From contig OZ025805.1 of the NCBI GenBank assembly GCA_964019425.1, positions 186,001 to 250,000 of the forward strand: DNA of 64,000 bases. The letters are read 5' to 3'. The notes below the pieces were generated by a model, which ran no database searches, had not been told where the DNA came from, and was given only the letters and a program-made list of their open reading frames with translations. Shown piece after piece: positions 22,221-36,706 of the stretch. Source of the stretch: Flectonema sp. DT1601 (Eukaryota). The position numbers and the translations under genes were made by a program. How positions within the stretch are numbered: the first letter of the stretch is position 1; every line of letters starts with the position of its first letter.

Positions 22221-25200
22221 TTCAGTTATATTCATTTTACTTTTTATTGTTTCCCATCTGTTTTTATTTTCTATTAGTTCTGGTCAGAAACCCCTGGGCA
22301 GCAAGAAGGAAAGCAGTTTAGTACTTCTGGGTGTTTGGCATCACCCCCCATAGTGAGCAAGTACAACAGGTAGCATTGGTAGTCTGTTGATCCTGAGTGA
22401 TCCCAGCTACAGTTTTGTTTTTCTTTCTTTTTTTTAGAAGAAGATCAGGACATTCAAGCACTGCTGGATAGTTGCTGAATGCAGGGCCTGCCTGTGGCAT
22501 TATAATAACAGGCTAAGTCATTTGTAGTTCATAGTTTACCTTAGATTTTATAACTTCACATAGGGTACTATGAACGATGAGAGATCCAGTGGGATCACTC
22601 AGGGTCTAGTAGAGACCACCAATGTTGTGCGTTGATAGGCAAGGTGACCAACCTTGACATTCTTTCTTTTCTCTCCTGTTGTGACAAACACAAAATACAC
22701 ACACAGCTTACAGTGCGTTCTTTGTGTATGTTTTCTTCAGGTGTGAGTAGTTTTTTTGTTCTTGCTCTTCAGGGAGGGCCTTAGCCAAAAGCTAACAGTC
22801 CAAATCTCACCTGGTAAACTCAACTCAGTCTTTGTCAGTATTGGCATCAAACCTGTAATGGTTACATTAACTACCATTTCAACAGGTTATTTACTGAAAT
22901 ATTTGTTCTAAAAGTTGCTAAGTATCTCTCACTTAGAAATTTTTTTTATTTTTTTATTTTCAGCTCAATTAGCTACAAAGTGTTTCTACTAAGTGTTTCT
23001 CACTTAGATTTTTTTTTTGCTTTTCAGCTCCTTAAAAGCTGCTAAGTATTTCTGCTAAGTGTTTCTCACTTAGAATCTTATTGTTATGTTCGTTTTCTAT
23101 CCCTTCTCCTATCCCTTTTGTTCAAAAAAAGCGGGAGGAAATTCTCTCATTCATGCTAAGATGCACTCTGAACTTTGATTTTTTGATCTGAGTGTGAGGG
23201 AATGACCTGTTAGTGCATTGGGCATAAGCTGGGCTGCAGTTTAGATGTCTTAGGTGTTAATAAGGGGTTCCTCTTAGCATTTTTCTTTGTTACCACCTTA
23301 TGATTTTCTTGAAGGAAAAAAAATAGAAGTCATAATGGTGCTTCCCTCTGGAAGGGTTGTAAGCCATGGTGTCCAACTAAATTAAAGGACAAGTCTGGGA
23401 TAATCCCTGCCAGAGGGGCGAGTATTCTACCATGGTTGAAATACTCTGGCAACTGATCTTCAATTTTATGTTGTTTGTTAGCTGCTGGTGTATCTCGATC
23501 ATGTGTTGATACTTGCATTTTTTTTTTGTAATCTTTTACTACAATAACTCTTGCAATTATCTTTTCTTTTTTATTCTCTATCTGTTCTGGTCTGTTTCTT
23601 CATTTTTTTACATTAATAATTACATTTTGTTCAAAAAGAAAAAAAAAGAAAAAAGATTAAAAAATTTCTAAGTATTTCTCACTTAGAAATTTTTTATTTT
23701 TTTATTTTCAGCTTAATTAGCTACAAATTGTTTCTACTAAGTGTTTCTCACTTAGATTTTTTTTTGGCTTTTCAGCTCCTTAAAAGCTGCTAAGTGTTTC
23801 TGCTAAGTGTTTCTCACTTAGAATTTTATTTTTATGTTCGTTTTCTATCCCTTCTCCTATCCCTTTTGTTCAAAATAAGCGGGAGGAAATTCTCTCATTC
23901 ACGCTAAGATGCACTCTGAACTTTGATTTTTTGATCTGAGTGTGAGGGAATGACCTGTTAGTGCATTGGGCATAGGCTGGGCTGCAGTTTAGATGTCTTA
24001 GGTGTTAATAGGGGGTTCCTCTTAGCATTTTTCTTTGTTCCCACCTTATGATTTTCTTGAAGAAAAAAAATAGAAGTCATAATGGTGCTTCCCTCTGGAA
24101 GGGTTGTAAGCCATGGTGTCCAACTAAATTAAAGGACAAGTCTGGGATAATCCCTGCCAGAGGGGCGAGTATTCTACCATGGTTGAAATACTCTTGAAAT
24201 ACCAAGACACTTAAGATACCAGCAAGGACAGTGAGAGGTAGAATGAACTCTCCTCCTTGTGTCCGATCCTGATTATTTTTTGTTGAATTGGTAGTGTTAC
24301 CTCATTTTGCTACTCTCGTATCTGTGTTGTGTTAACTCATGTAAGTGATCTTAACTCCTGTTAAATAAAAAAAAAAAAATTTCAAAAAAAAGAAATTAAA
24401 AAAGAAGAATTTTCAAATGAAGTTATATCAACCCCTGCCACCCATTATGATCAATTCCGCTTGTTTTTTTTTTTTTTTTTTTCTTCTTTCTTTTCTTCAA
24501 ATATAAAAAAAAAAAATTAAAAAATATAAAAGATGAAACAATGTTATCATTGTTTTTTTTATCGATCGACTATGTCGATTACTTCCAGTTTTCCGTCCTG
24601 GTCAAGACGCTAAACTGATTGTTTTTTTTTTTTTTTAAAAAATTAATAAAAAGAATATAAAAAAAAAAAAAAAAAAAGAATAAACAATGTTATCATTGTT
24701 TTTTTTTTATCGTTCGACTTTGTCGACTAATTTCTATTTTCCGTTTCTTTTCTTTAAATAATAAATAAAAAGAATTTAAAATAAAAAAAAAGAATAAACA
24801 ATGTTATCATTGTTTTTTTATCGATCGACTATGTCGATTACTTTCTATTTTCCGTCCTGGTCAAGACGCTAAACTGATTGTTTTTTTTTTTCAAAATTAA
24901 TAAAAAAGAATATAAAAAAAAAAAAAAAAAAAAAAAGAATAAACAATGTTATCATTGTTTTTTTTTTATTGTTCGACTTTGTTGACTAATTTCTATTTTC
25001 CGTTTTTTTTCTTTAAAAAATAAATAAAAAGAATTTAAAATAAATAAAAAAGAATAAACAATGTTATCATTGTTTTTTTTATCGATCGACTATGTCGATC
25101 ACTTTCTATTTTCCGTCCTGGTCAAGACGCTAAACTGATTGTTTTTTTTTCAAAATTAATAAAAAAGAATAAAAAAAAAAAAAAAAAAAAAAAGAATAAA

Positions 25201-28200
25201 CAATGTTATCATTGTTTTTTTTATCGTTCGACTTTGTTGACTAATTTCTATTTTCCGTTTTTTTTCTTTAAAAAATAAATAAAAAGAATTTAAAATAAAA
25301 AAAAAGAATAAACAATGTTATCATTGTTTTTTTATCGATCGACTATGTCGATCACTTTCTATTTTCCGTCCTGGTCAAGACGCTAAACTGATTGTTTTTT
25401 TTTTCAAAATTAATAAAAAAGAATATAAAAAAAAAAAAAAAAAAAGAATAAACAATGTTATCATTGTTTTTTTTTTATCGTTCGACTTTGTCGACTAATT
25501 TCTATTTTCCGTTTCTTTTCTTTAAAGAATAAATAAAAAGAATTTAAAATAAAAAAAAAAAAATAAACAATGTTATCATTGTTTTTTTTATCGATCGACT
25601 ATGTCGATCACTTTCTATTTTCCGTCCTGGTCAAGACGCTAAACTGATTGTTTTTTTTTTTCAAAATTAATAAAAAAGAATATAAAAAAATACAAAAAAA
25701 AGAATAAACAATGTTATCATTGTTTTTTTTATCGTTCGACTTTGTCGACTAATTTCTATTTTCCGTTTTTTTTTTCTTTAAAAAATAAATAAAAAGAATT
25801 TAAAATAAAAAAAAAGAATAAACAATGTTATCATTGTTTTTTTATCGATCGACTATGTCGATCACTTTCTATTTTCCGTCCTGGTCAAGACGCTAAACTG
25901 ATTGTTTTTTTTTCAAAATTAATAAAAAAGAATATAAAAAAAAAAAAAAAAAAAGGAAAAACAATGTTATCATTGTTCTTTTTTATCGTTCGACTTTGTC
26001 GACTAATTTCTATTTTCCGTTTCTTTTCTTTAAAGAATAAATAAAAAGAATTTAAAATAAAAAAAAAGAATAAACAATGTTATCATTGTTTTTTTTTTAT
26101 CGATCGACTATGTCGATCACTTTCTATTTTCCGTCCTGGTCAAGACGCTAAACTGATTGTTTTTTTTTTCAAAATTAATAAAAAAGAATATAAAAAAATA
26201 CAAAAAAAAGAATAAACAATGTTATCATTGTTTTTTTTATCGTTCGACTTTGTCGACTAATTTCTATTTTCCGTTTTTTTTTTTCTTTAAAAAATAAATA
26301 AAAAGAATTTAAAATAAAAAAAAAGAATAAACAATGTTATCATTGTTTTTTTATCGATCGACTATGTCGATCACTTTCTATTTTCCGTCCTGGTCAAGAC
26401 GCTAAACTGATTGTTTTTTTTTTCAAAATTAATAAAAAAGAATATAAAAAAATACAAAAAAAAGAATAAACAATGTTATCATTGTTTTTTTTATCGTTCG
26501 ACTTTGTCGACTAATTTCTATTTTCCGTTTTTTTTTTTCTTTAAAAAATAAATAAAAAGAATTTAAAATAAAAAAAAAGAATAAACAATGTTATCATTGT
26601 TTTTTTATCGATCGACTATGTCGATCACTTTCTATTTTCCGTCCTGGTCAAGACGCTAAACTGATTGTTTTTTTTTCAAAATTAATAAAAAAGAATATAA
26701 AAAAAAAAAAAAAAAAAAAGGAAAAACAATGTTATCATTGTTCTTTTTTATCGTTCGACTTTGTCGACTAATTTCTATTTTCCGTTTCTTTTCTTTAAAG
26801 AATTAATAAAAAGAATTTAAAATAAAAAAAAAGAATAAACAATGTTATCATTGTTTTTTTTTATCGATCGACTATGTCGATCACTTTCTATTTTCCGTCC
26901 TGGTCAAGACGCTAAACTGATTGTTTTTTTTTTCAAAATTAATAAAAAAGAATATAAAAAAATACAAAAAAAAGAATAAACAATGTTATCATTGTTTTTT
27001 TTATCGTTCGACTTTGTCGACTAATTTCTATTTTCCGTTTTTTTTTTTCTTTAAAAAATAAATAAAAAGAATTTAAAATAAAAAAAAAGAATAAACAATG
27101 TTATCATTGTTTTTTTATCGATCGACTATGTCGATCACTTTCTATTTTCCGTCCTGGTCAAGACGCTAAACTGATTGTTTTTTTTTTTTCAAAATTAATA
27201 AAAAAGAATATTAAAAAAAATACAAAAAAAAAAAGAATAAACAATGTTATCATTGTTTTTTTTTTTATCGTTCGACTTTGTTGACTAATTTCTATTTTCC
27301 GTTTTTTTTCTTTAAAAAATGAATAAAAAGAATTTAAAATAAAAAAAAGAATAAACAATGTTATCATTGTTTTTTTTATCGATCGACTATGTCGATTACT
27401 TTCTATTTTCCGTCCTGGTCAAGACGCTAAACTGATTGTTTTTTTCTTCAAAATAAAAAAAAAATATTAAAAAAAAAAAAAATATAAAAAAAAAAGAATA
27501 AACAATGTTATCATTGTTTTTTTTTTTATCGTTCGACTTTGTTGACTAATTTCTATTTTCCGTTTTTTTCTTTAAAAATAAATAAAAAGAATTTAAAAAA
27601 AAAAAAAAAAAAAAAGAATAAACAATGTTATCATTGTTTTTTTTGTCGATCGACTATGTCGATTACTTTCTATTTTCCGTCCTGGTCAAGACGCTAAACT
27701 GATTGTTTTTTTTTTCAAAATAAATAAAAAGAATTTAAAAAAAAAAAAAAAAAAAAAGAATAAACAATGTTATCATTGTTTTTTATCGATCGACTATGTC
27801 GATCACTTTCAATTTTCCGTCCTGGTCAGGACGCTAAACTGATTGTTTTTTCTTTATAAATAAATGAAAAGAATAAAAAAAAAAAAAAAAAAAAAAAAAG
27901 GAATAAACAATGTTATCATTGTTTTTTTTTTTATCGATCGACTATGTCGATTACTTTCTATTTTCCGTCCTGGTCAAGACGCTAAACTGATTGTTTTTTC
28001 TTTAAAATAATTAAAAGGATTTAAAAAAAAAAAAAAAAAAAAAAAAAGAATAAACAATGTTATCATTGTTTTTTTTCTATCGATCGACTATGTCGATTAA
28101 TTTCTATTTTCCGTCCTGATCGAGACGCTAAACTGATTGTTTCCTTTTTTTAAATAATAAATAAAAAAAAAAAAAAAAAAAAAAAAAGAGCATCTCCCTG

Positions 28201-30043
28201 CTATCCTCATATCCCCACAATAATATTATACCTTTTCATTTTCTCTTTCCTTTTCTGGTCTTTTTTTTTTTCTTTTTTTCCTTTTTCATACAAAGTTTTT
28301 TATTTATATTTATATTTTTTTTTTTTTTTTTTTTTCATGTTTGATTATTTCCTCTTCATATTTTTTTTTTTTTCTATTCTTTCTTTTTTTTTTTTTTTTT
28401 TTTCTCTGCCTCTCTCTCAATTCTGTTCGTTTCTTTGAAACGAAAATTCATTTCAATATTATTCCTTGGTCAGCAACCATCATTGTCGCCCTTTGGGCCT
28501 GTTAAAAAAAAATAAAAATAAAAAGAAAGTTTACATCGGGAATAGGGCAGGAGCCAAAAGCTCCCAGTCCGTTACTTCCCACTTATCGAAATTCGCAACT
28601 GATCTTCAATTTTATGTTGTTTGTTAGCTGCTGGTGTATCTAGATTATGTGTTGATACTTGCATTTTTTTTATTTGTAATCTTCTATTACAATTCTCTTT
28701 CTGTTCTGGTCTGTTACTTCATTTGTCTTGTTTAACTTCAGTTATATCCATTTTACTTTTTATTGTTTCCCATCTACTTTTTATTTTCTATTAGTTCTGG
28801 TCAGAAACTCCTGGGCAGCAAGAAGGAAAGCAGTTTAGTACTTCTGGGTGTTTGGCATCACCCCCCATAGTGAGCAAGTACAACAGGTAGCATTGGTAGT
28901 CTGTTGATCCTGAGTGATCCCAGCTACAGTTTTGTTTTTCTTTCTTTTTTTTAGAAGAAGATCAGGACATCCAAGCACTGCTGGATAGTTGCTGAATGCA
29001 GGGCCTGCCTGTGGCATTATAATAACAGGCTAAGTCATTTGTAGTTCATAGTTTACCTTTGATTTTATAACTTCACACAGGGTACTATGAACGATGAGAG
29101 ATCCAGTGGGATCACTCAGGGTCTAGTAGAGACCACCAATGTTGTGCGTTGATAGGCAAGGTGACCAACCTTGACATTCTTTCTTTTCTCTCCTGTTGTG
29201 ACAAACACAAAATACACACACAGCTTACAGTGTGTTCTTTGTGTATGTTTTCTTCGGGTGTGAGTAGTTTTTTTGTTCTTGCTCTTCAGGGAGGGCCTTA
29301 GCCAAAAGCTAACAGTCCAAATCTCACCTGGAAATTCAACTCATATTAGAAACTAGGAAACTAGGTTAACACTTAGTTAAAATTAAGACCGGTTAGTCAG
29401 TTTAAGGTCTTGTCTAGGACCAACATTCTTGTTTAACTTCAGTTATATTCATTTTACTTTTTATTGTTTCCCATCTGTTTTTATTTTCTATTAGTTCTGG
29501 TCAGAAACCCCTGGGCAGCAAGAAGGAAAGCAGTTTAGTACTTCTGGGTGTTTGGCATCACCCCCCATAGTGAGCAAGTACAACAGGTAGCATTGGTAGT
29601 CTGTTGATCCTGAGTGATCCCAGCTACAGTTTTGTTTTTCTTTCTTTTTTTTAGAAGAAGATCAGGACATTCAAGCACTGCTGGATAGTTGCTGAATGCA
29701 GGGCCTGCCTGTGGCATTATAATAACAGGCTAAGTCATTTGTAGTTCATAGTTTACCTTAGATTTTATAACTTCACATAGGGTACTATGAACGATGAGAG
29801 ATCCAGTGGGATCACTCAGGGTCTAGTAGAGACCACCAATGTTGTGCGTTGATAGGCAAGGTGACCAACCTTGACATTCTTTCTTTTCTCTCCTGTTGTG
29901 ACAAACACAAAATACACACACAGCTTACAGTGTGTTCTTTGTGTATGTTTTCTTCAGGTGTGAGTAGTTTTTTTGTTCTTGCTCTTCAGGGAGGGCCTTA
30001 GCCAAAAGCTAACAGTCCAAATCTCACCTGGTAAACTCAACTC
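22221..30043 (-). repeat. Y array 2, interrupted by an inverted 4.4-kb X copy
   Basis: Same Y segments as 9765-19208. The Y sequence GAAATACTCT|g|GCAACTGATC is split between 24194 and 28595. Confidence 0.9.
24195..28594 (-). mobile_element. Inverted 4.4-kb X copy: fixed end, about 3.6 kb of satellite, distal module
   Basis: 28145-28594 is the reverse complement of 4850-6096 without the MITE. 24530-28145 is reversed satellite. 24200-24530 is the reverse complement of about 37850-38178. Confidence 0.9.
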
Positions 30044-33000
30044 TATTAATTTTGAAAAAAAAACAATCAGTTTAGCGTCTTGACCAGGACGGAAAATAGA
30101 AAGTGATCGACATAGTCGATCGATAAAAAAACAATGATAACATTGTTTATTCTTTTTTTTTATTTTAAATTCTTTTTATTTATTTTTTAAAGAAAAAAAA
30201 CGGAAAATAGAAATTAGTCAACAAAGTCGAACAATAAAAAAAAACAATGATAACATTGTTTATTCTTTTTTTTTTTTTTTTTTTTTTATATTCTTTTTTA
30301 TTAATTTTGAAAAAAAAAAACAATCAGTTTAGCGTCTTGACCAGGACGGAAAATAGAAAGTAATCGACATAGTCGATCGATAAAAAAACAATGATAACAT
30401 TGTTTATTCTTTTTTTTTATTTTAAATTCTTTTTATTTATTTTTTAAAGAAAAGAAACGGAAAATAGAAATTAGTCGACAAAGTCGAACGATAAAAAAAA
30501 ACAATGATAACATTGTTTATTCTTTTTTTTTTTGTATTTTTTTTAATATTCTTTTTTATTAATTTTGAAAAAAAAAACAATCAGTTTAGCGTCCTGACCA
30601 GGACGGAAAATAGAAAGTGATCGACATAGTCGATCGATAAAAAAACAATGATAACATTGTTTATTCTTTTTTTTTTATTTTAAATTCTTTTTATTTATTT
30701 TTTAAAGAAAAAAAAAAAAAAAAAACGGAGAATAGAAATTAGTCGACAAAGTCGAACGATAAAAAAAAACAATGATAACATTGTTTTTCCTTTTTTTTTT
30801 TTTTTTTTATATTCTTTTTTATTAATTTTGAAAAAAAAAAACAATCAGTTTAGCGTCTTGACCAGGACGGAAAATAGAAAGTGATCGACATAGTCGATCG
30901 ATAAAAAAAAACAATGATAACATTGTTTATTCTTTTTTTTTATTTTAAATTCTTTTTATTTATTTTTTAAAGAAAAGAAACGGAAAATAGAAATTAGTCG
31001 ACAAAGTCGAACGATAAAAAAAAACAATGATAACATTGTTTATTCTTTTTTTTTTTGTATTTTTTTTAATATTCTTTTTTATTAATTTTGAAAAAAAAAA
31101 CAATCAGTTTAGCGTCCTGACCAGGACGGAAAATAGAAAGTGATCGACATAGTCGATCGATAAAAAAACAATGATAACATTGTTTATTCTTTTTTTTTTA
31201 TTTTAAATTCTTTTTATTTATTTTTTAAAGAAAAAAAAAAAAAAAAAAACGGAGAATAGAAATTAGTCGACAAAGTCGAACGATAAAAAAAAACAATGAT
31301 AACATTGTTTTTCCTTTTTTTTTTTTTTTTTTTATATTCTTTTTTATTAATTTTGAAAAAAAAAAAAAACAATCAGTTTAGCGTCTTGACCAGGACGGAA
31401 AATAGAAAGTGATCGACATAGTCGATCGATAAAAAAACAATGATAACATTGTTTATTCTTTTTTTTTATTTTAAATTCTTTTTATTTATTCTTTAAAGAA
31501 AAGAACGGAAAATAGAAATTAGTCGACAAAGTCGAACGATAAAAAAAAAAACAATGGTAACATTGTTTATTCTTTTTTTTTTTTTTTTTTTTATATTCTT
31601 TTTTATTAATTTTGAAAAAAAAACAATCAGTTTAGCGTCTTGACCAGGACGGAAAATAGAAAGGAATAATCATCATCGTCCATATTGTGTAATTAAGACT
31701 GAATAAACAAAGGGATAATAAAATTATAGTGAATCAATGAAATAAAACATAAACTACTGACGTCGGGGTAATGTTGCATCTTCAAGAGGTCAGAAACCCA
31801 AGACTTTGAAAAGCACCGAGGTAAGAGCGGTGCAACAAGCCAAAAACAACAGGTATACAATAAACGAACCTCAAGAAGAAACACCCAGGGTGGGATGGGT
31901 GGGAAATTCTTTTGTTTTAATATAAACAGAAAGAAGAGCAAAATTTGCTAAGGAAAGGAATTAAAATATAAGTTAAAAGTGTACCGATAAACTATAACGT
32001 CTCAAACACAGCGCTAACCAGTGCAACGAGAGCTAATAAATTCGATAAGCCACTGCTGAACCAACATCTTAGGTGCAGAGTGCATTTTAGATAAGGAAGG
32101 ACATTTTTCATTTTCCGTTCCGCTAGGACAGAAAAGTAATAAGTATAAAATATTTTTCGACGTACCAGAGCCTGCATAGCCGAGTGGTTATGGTCGTCGA
32201 CCTTAAATCGCTTACGTAGCCGTGGTCGGGGGTTCGATTCCTGGTCACGGCAGATTTTTTGGTATTTTTAACCAGAAAATTTTAAAGTAAAAACAAGTAA
32301 GAAAAAGAGCACAAAAGTGGACTTGGTGATCATTCCCTGAGTAAACTAAGATGATCGACATAGTCGATCGATAAAAAAACAATGATAACATTGTTTATTC
32401 TTTTTTTTTATTTTAAATTCTTTTTATTTATTCTTTAAAGAAAAGAAACGGAAAATAGAAATTAGTCGACAAAGTCGAACGATAAAAAAAAAACAATGAT
32501 AACATTGTTTATTCTTTTTTTTTATTTTAAATTCTTTTTATTTATTTTTTAAAGAAAAAAAACGGAAAATAGAAATTAGTCAACAAAGTCGAACAATAAA
32601 AAAAACAATGATAACATTGTTTATTCTTTTTTTTTTTTTTTTTTTTTTTTTTATATTCTTTTTTATTAATTTTGAAAAAAAAAACAATCAGTTTAGCGTC
32701 TTGACCAGGACGGAAAATAGAAAGTGATCGACATAGTCGATCGATAAAAAAACAATGATAACATTGTTTATTCTTTTTTTTTATTTTAAATTCTTTTTAT
32801 TTATTCTTTAAAGAAAAGAAACGGAAAATAGAAATTAGTCGACAAAGTCGAACGATAAAAAAAAAACAATGATAACATTGTTTATTCTTTTTTTTATTTT
32901 AAATTCTTTTTATTTATTCTTTAAAGAAAAGAAACGGAAAATAGAAATTAGTCGACAAAGTCGAACGATAAAAAAAAAACAATGATAACATTGTTTATTC

Positions 33001-33282
33001 TTTTTTTTGTATTTTTTTATATTCTTTTTTATTAATTTTGAAAAAAAAAAACAATCAGTTTAGCGTCTTGACCAGGACGGAAAATAGAAAGTGATCGACA
33101 TAGTCGATCGATAAAAAAACAATGATAACATTGTTTATTCTTTTTTTTTATTTTAAATTCTTTTTATTTATTCTTTAAAGAAAAGAAACGGAAAATAGAA
33201 ATTAGTCGACAAAGTCGAACCATAAAAAAAAAAACAATGATAACATTGTTTATTCTTTTTTTTTTTTTTTTTTTATTCTTTT
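30044..33282 (+). repeat. X satellite array 3 with tRNA-like cassette
   Basis: Near-identical to 19209-22220. Confidence 0.95.
32170..32252 (+). tRNA. tRNA-like pseudogene (copy 3)
   Basis: Same sequence as 8765-8847. Confidence 0.7.
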
Positions 33283-36200
33283 TTCAGTTATATTCATTTT
33301 ACTTTTTATTGTTTCCCATCTGTTTTTATTTTCTATTAGTTCTGGTCAGAAACCCCTGGGCAGCAAGAAGGAAAGCAGTTTAGTACTTCTGGGTGTTTGG
33401 CATCACCCCCCATAGTGAGCAAGTACAACAGGTAGCATTGGTAGTCTGTTGATCCTGAGTGATCCCAGCTACAGTTTTGTTTTTCTTTCTTTTTTTTAGA
33501 AGAAGATCAGGACATTCAAGCACTGCTGGATAGTTGCTGAATGCAGGGCCTGCCTGTGGCATTATAATAACAGGCTAAGTCATTTGTAGTTCATAGTTTA
33601 CCTTAGATTTTATAACTTCACATAGGGTACTATGAACGATGAGAGATCCAGTGGGATCACTCAGGGTCTAGTAGAGACCACCAATGTTGTGCGTTGATAG
33701 GCAAGGTGACCAACCTTGACATTCTTTCTTTTCTCTCCTGTTGTGACAAACACAAAATACACACACAGCTTACAGTGTGTTCTTTGTGTATGTTTTCTTC
33801 AGGTGTGAGTAGTTTTTTTGTTCTTGCTCTTCAGGGAGGGCCTTAGCCAAAAGCTAACAGTCCAAATCTCACCTGGTAAACTCAACTCAGTCTTTGTCAG
33901 TATTGGCATCAAACCTGTAATGGTTACATTAACTACCATTTCAACAGGTTATTTACTGAAATATTTGTTCTAAAAGTTGCTAAGTATCTCTCACTTAGAA
34001 ATTTTTTTTATTTTTTTATTTTCAGCTCAATTAGCTACAAAGTGTTTCTACTAAGTGTTTCTCACTTAGATTTTTTTTTTGCTTTTCAGCTCCTTAAAAG
34101 CTGCTAAGTATTTCTGCTAAGTGTTTCTCACTTAGAATCTTATTGTTATGTTCGTTTTCTATCCCTTCTCCTATCCCTTTTGTTCAAAAAAAGCGGGAGG
34201 AAATTCTCTCATTCATGCTAAGATGCACTCTGAACTTTGATTTTTTGATCTGAGTGTGAGGGAATGACCTGTTAGTGCATTGGGCATAAGCTGGGCTGCA
34301 GTTTAGATGTCTTAGGTGTTAATAAGGGGTTCCTCTTAGCATTTTTCTTTGTTACCACCTTATGATTTTCTTGAAGGAAAAAAAATAGAAGTCATAATGG
34401 TGCTTCCCTCTGGAAGGGTTGTAAGCCATGGTGTCCAACTAAATTAAAGGACAAGTCTGGGATAATCCCTGCCAGAGGGGCGAGTATTCTACCATGGTTG
34501 AAATACTCTGGCAACTGATCTTCAATTTTATGTTGTTTGTTAGCTGCTGGTGTATCTCGATCATGTGTTGATACTTGCATTTTTTTTTTGTAATCTTTTA
34601 CTACAATAACTCTTGCAATTATCTTTTCTTTTTTATTCTCTATCTGTTCTGGTCTGTTTCTTCATTTTTTTACATTAATAATTACATTTTGTTCAAAAAG
34701 AAAAAAAAAGAAAAAAGATTAAAAAATTTCTAAGTATTTCTCACTTAGAAATTTTTTATTTTTTTATTTTCAGCTTAATTAGCTACAAATTGTTTCTACT
34801 AAGTGTTTCTCACTTAGATTTTTTTTTGGCTTTTCAGCTCCTTAAAAGCTGCTAAGTGTTTCTGCTAAGTGTTTCTCACTTAGAATTTTATTTTTATGTT
34901 CGTTTTCTATCCCTTCTCCTATCCCTTTTGTTCAAAATAAGCGGGAGGAAATTCTCTCATTCACGCTAAGATGCACTCTGAACTTTGATTTTTTGATCTG
35001 AGTGTGAGGGAATGACCTGTTAGTGCATTGGGCATAGGCTGGGCTGCAGTTTAGATGTCTTAGGTGTTAATAGGGGGTTCCTCTTAGCATTTTTCTTTGT
35101 TCCCACCTTATGATTTTCTTGAAGAAAAAAAATAGAAGTCATAATGGTGCTTCCCTCTGGAAGGGTTGTAAGCCATGGTGTCCAACTAAATTAAAGGACA
35201 AGTCTGGGATAATCCCTGCCAGAGGGGCGAGTATTCTACCATGGTTGAAATACTCTGGCAACTGATCTTCAATTTTATGTTGTTTGTTAGCTGCTGGTGT
35301 ATCTAGATTATGTGTTGATACTTGCATTTTTTTTATTTGTAATCTTCTATTACAATTCTCTTTCTGTTCTGGTCTGTTACTTCATTTGTCTTGTTTAACT
35401 TCAGTTATATCCATTTTACTTTTTATTGTTTCCCATCTACTTTTTATTTTCTATTAGTTCTGGTCAGAAACTCCTGGGCAGCAAGAAGGAAAGCAGTTTA
35501 GTACTTCTGGGTGTTTGGCATCACCCCCCATAGTGAGCAAGTACAACAGGTAGCATTGGTAGTCTGTTGATCCTGAGTGATCCCAGCTACAGTTTTGTTT
35601 TTCTTTCTTTTTTTTAGAAGAAGATCAGGACATCCAAGCACTGCTGGATAGTTGCTGAATGCAGGGCCTGCCTGTGGCATTATAATAACAGGCTAAGTCA
35701 TTTGTAGTTCATAGTTTACCTTTGATTTTATAACTTCACACAGGGTACTATGAACGATGAGAGATCCAGTGGGATCACTCAGGGTCTAGTAGAGACCACC
35801 AATGTTGTGCGTTGATAGGCAAGGTGACCAACCTTGACATTCTTTCTTTTCTCTCCTGTTGTGACAAACACAAAATACACACACAGCTTACAGTGTGTTC
35901 TTTGTGTATGTTTTCTTCGGGTGTGAGTAGTTTTTTTGTTCTTGCTCTTCAGGGAGGGCCTTAGCCAAAAGCTAACAGTCCAAATCTCACCTGGAAATTC
36001 AACTCATATTAGAAACTAGGAAACTAGGTTAACACTTAGTTAAAATTAAGACCGGTTAGTCAGTTTAAGGTCTTGTCTAGGACCAACATTCTTGTTTAAC
36101 TTCAGTTATATTCATTTTACTTTTTATTGTTTCCCATCTGTTTTTATTTTCTATTAGTTCTGGTCAGAAACCCCTGGGCAGCAAGAAGGAAAGCAGTTTA

Positions 36201-36706
36201 GTACTTCTGGGTGTTTGGCATCACCCCCCATAGTGAGCAAGTACAACAGGTAGCATTGGTAGTCTGTTGATCCTGAGTGATCCCAGCTACAGTTTTGTTT
36301 TTCTTTCTTTTTTTTAGAAGAAGATCAGGACATTCAAGCACTGCTGGATAGTTGCTGAATGCAGGGCCTGCCTGTGGCATTATAATAACAGGCTAAGTCA
36401 TTTGTAGTTCATAGTTTACCTTAGATTTTATAACTTCACATAGGGTACTATGAACGATGAGAGATCCAGTGGGATCACTCAGGGTCTAGTAGAGACCACC
36501 AATGTTGTGCGTTGATAGGCAAGGTGACCAACCTTGACATTCTTTCTTTTCTCTCCTGTTGTGACAAACACAAAATACACACACAGCTTACAGTGTGTTC
36601 TTTGTGTATGTTTTCTTCAGGTGTGAGTAGTTTTTTTGTTCTTGCTCTTCAGGGAGGGCCTTAGCCAAAAGCTAACAGTCCAAATCTCACCTGGTAAACT
36701 CAACTC
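33283..36706 (-). repeat. Y array 3 (one higher-order unit plus a terminal fragment)
   Basis: Same segments and same fixed end ...CAACTC as arrays 1 and 2. Confidence 0.95.

Noticed and set aside
2892..36380. Repeated short ORFs MPQAGPAFSNY... and MQVSTH... in Y copies
   Set aside because: Only 60-78 aa, no recognisable motifs, stop positions differ between copies and they cross homopolymer runs. Their recurrence only reflects the repeat.
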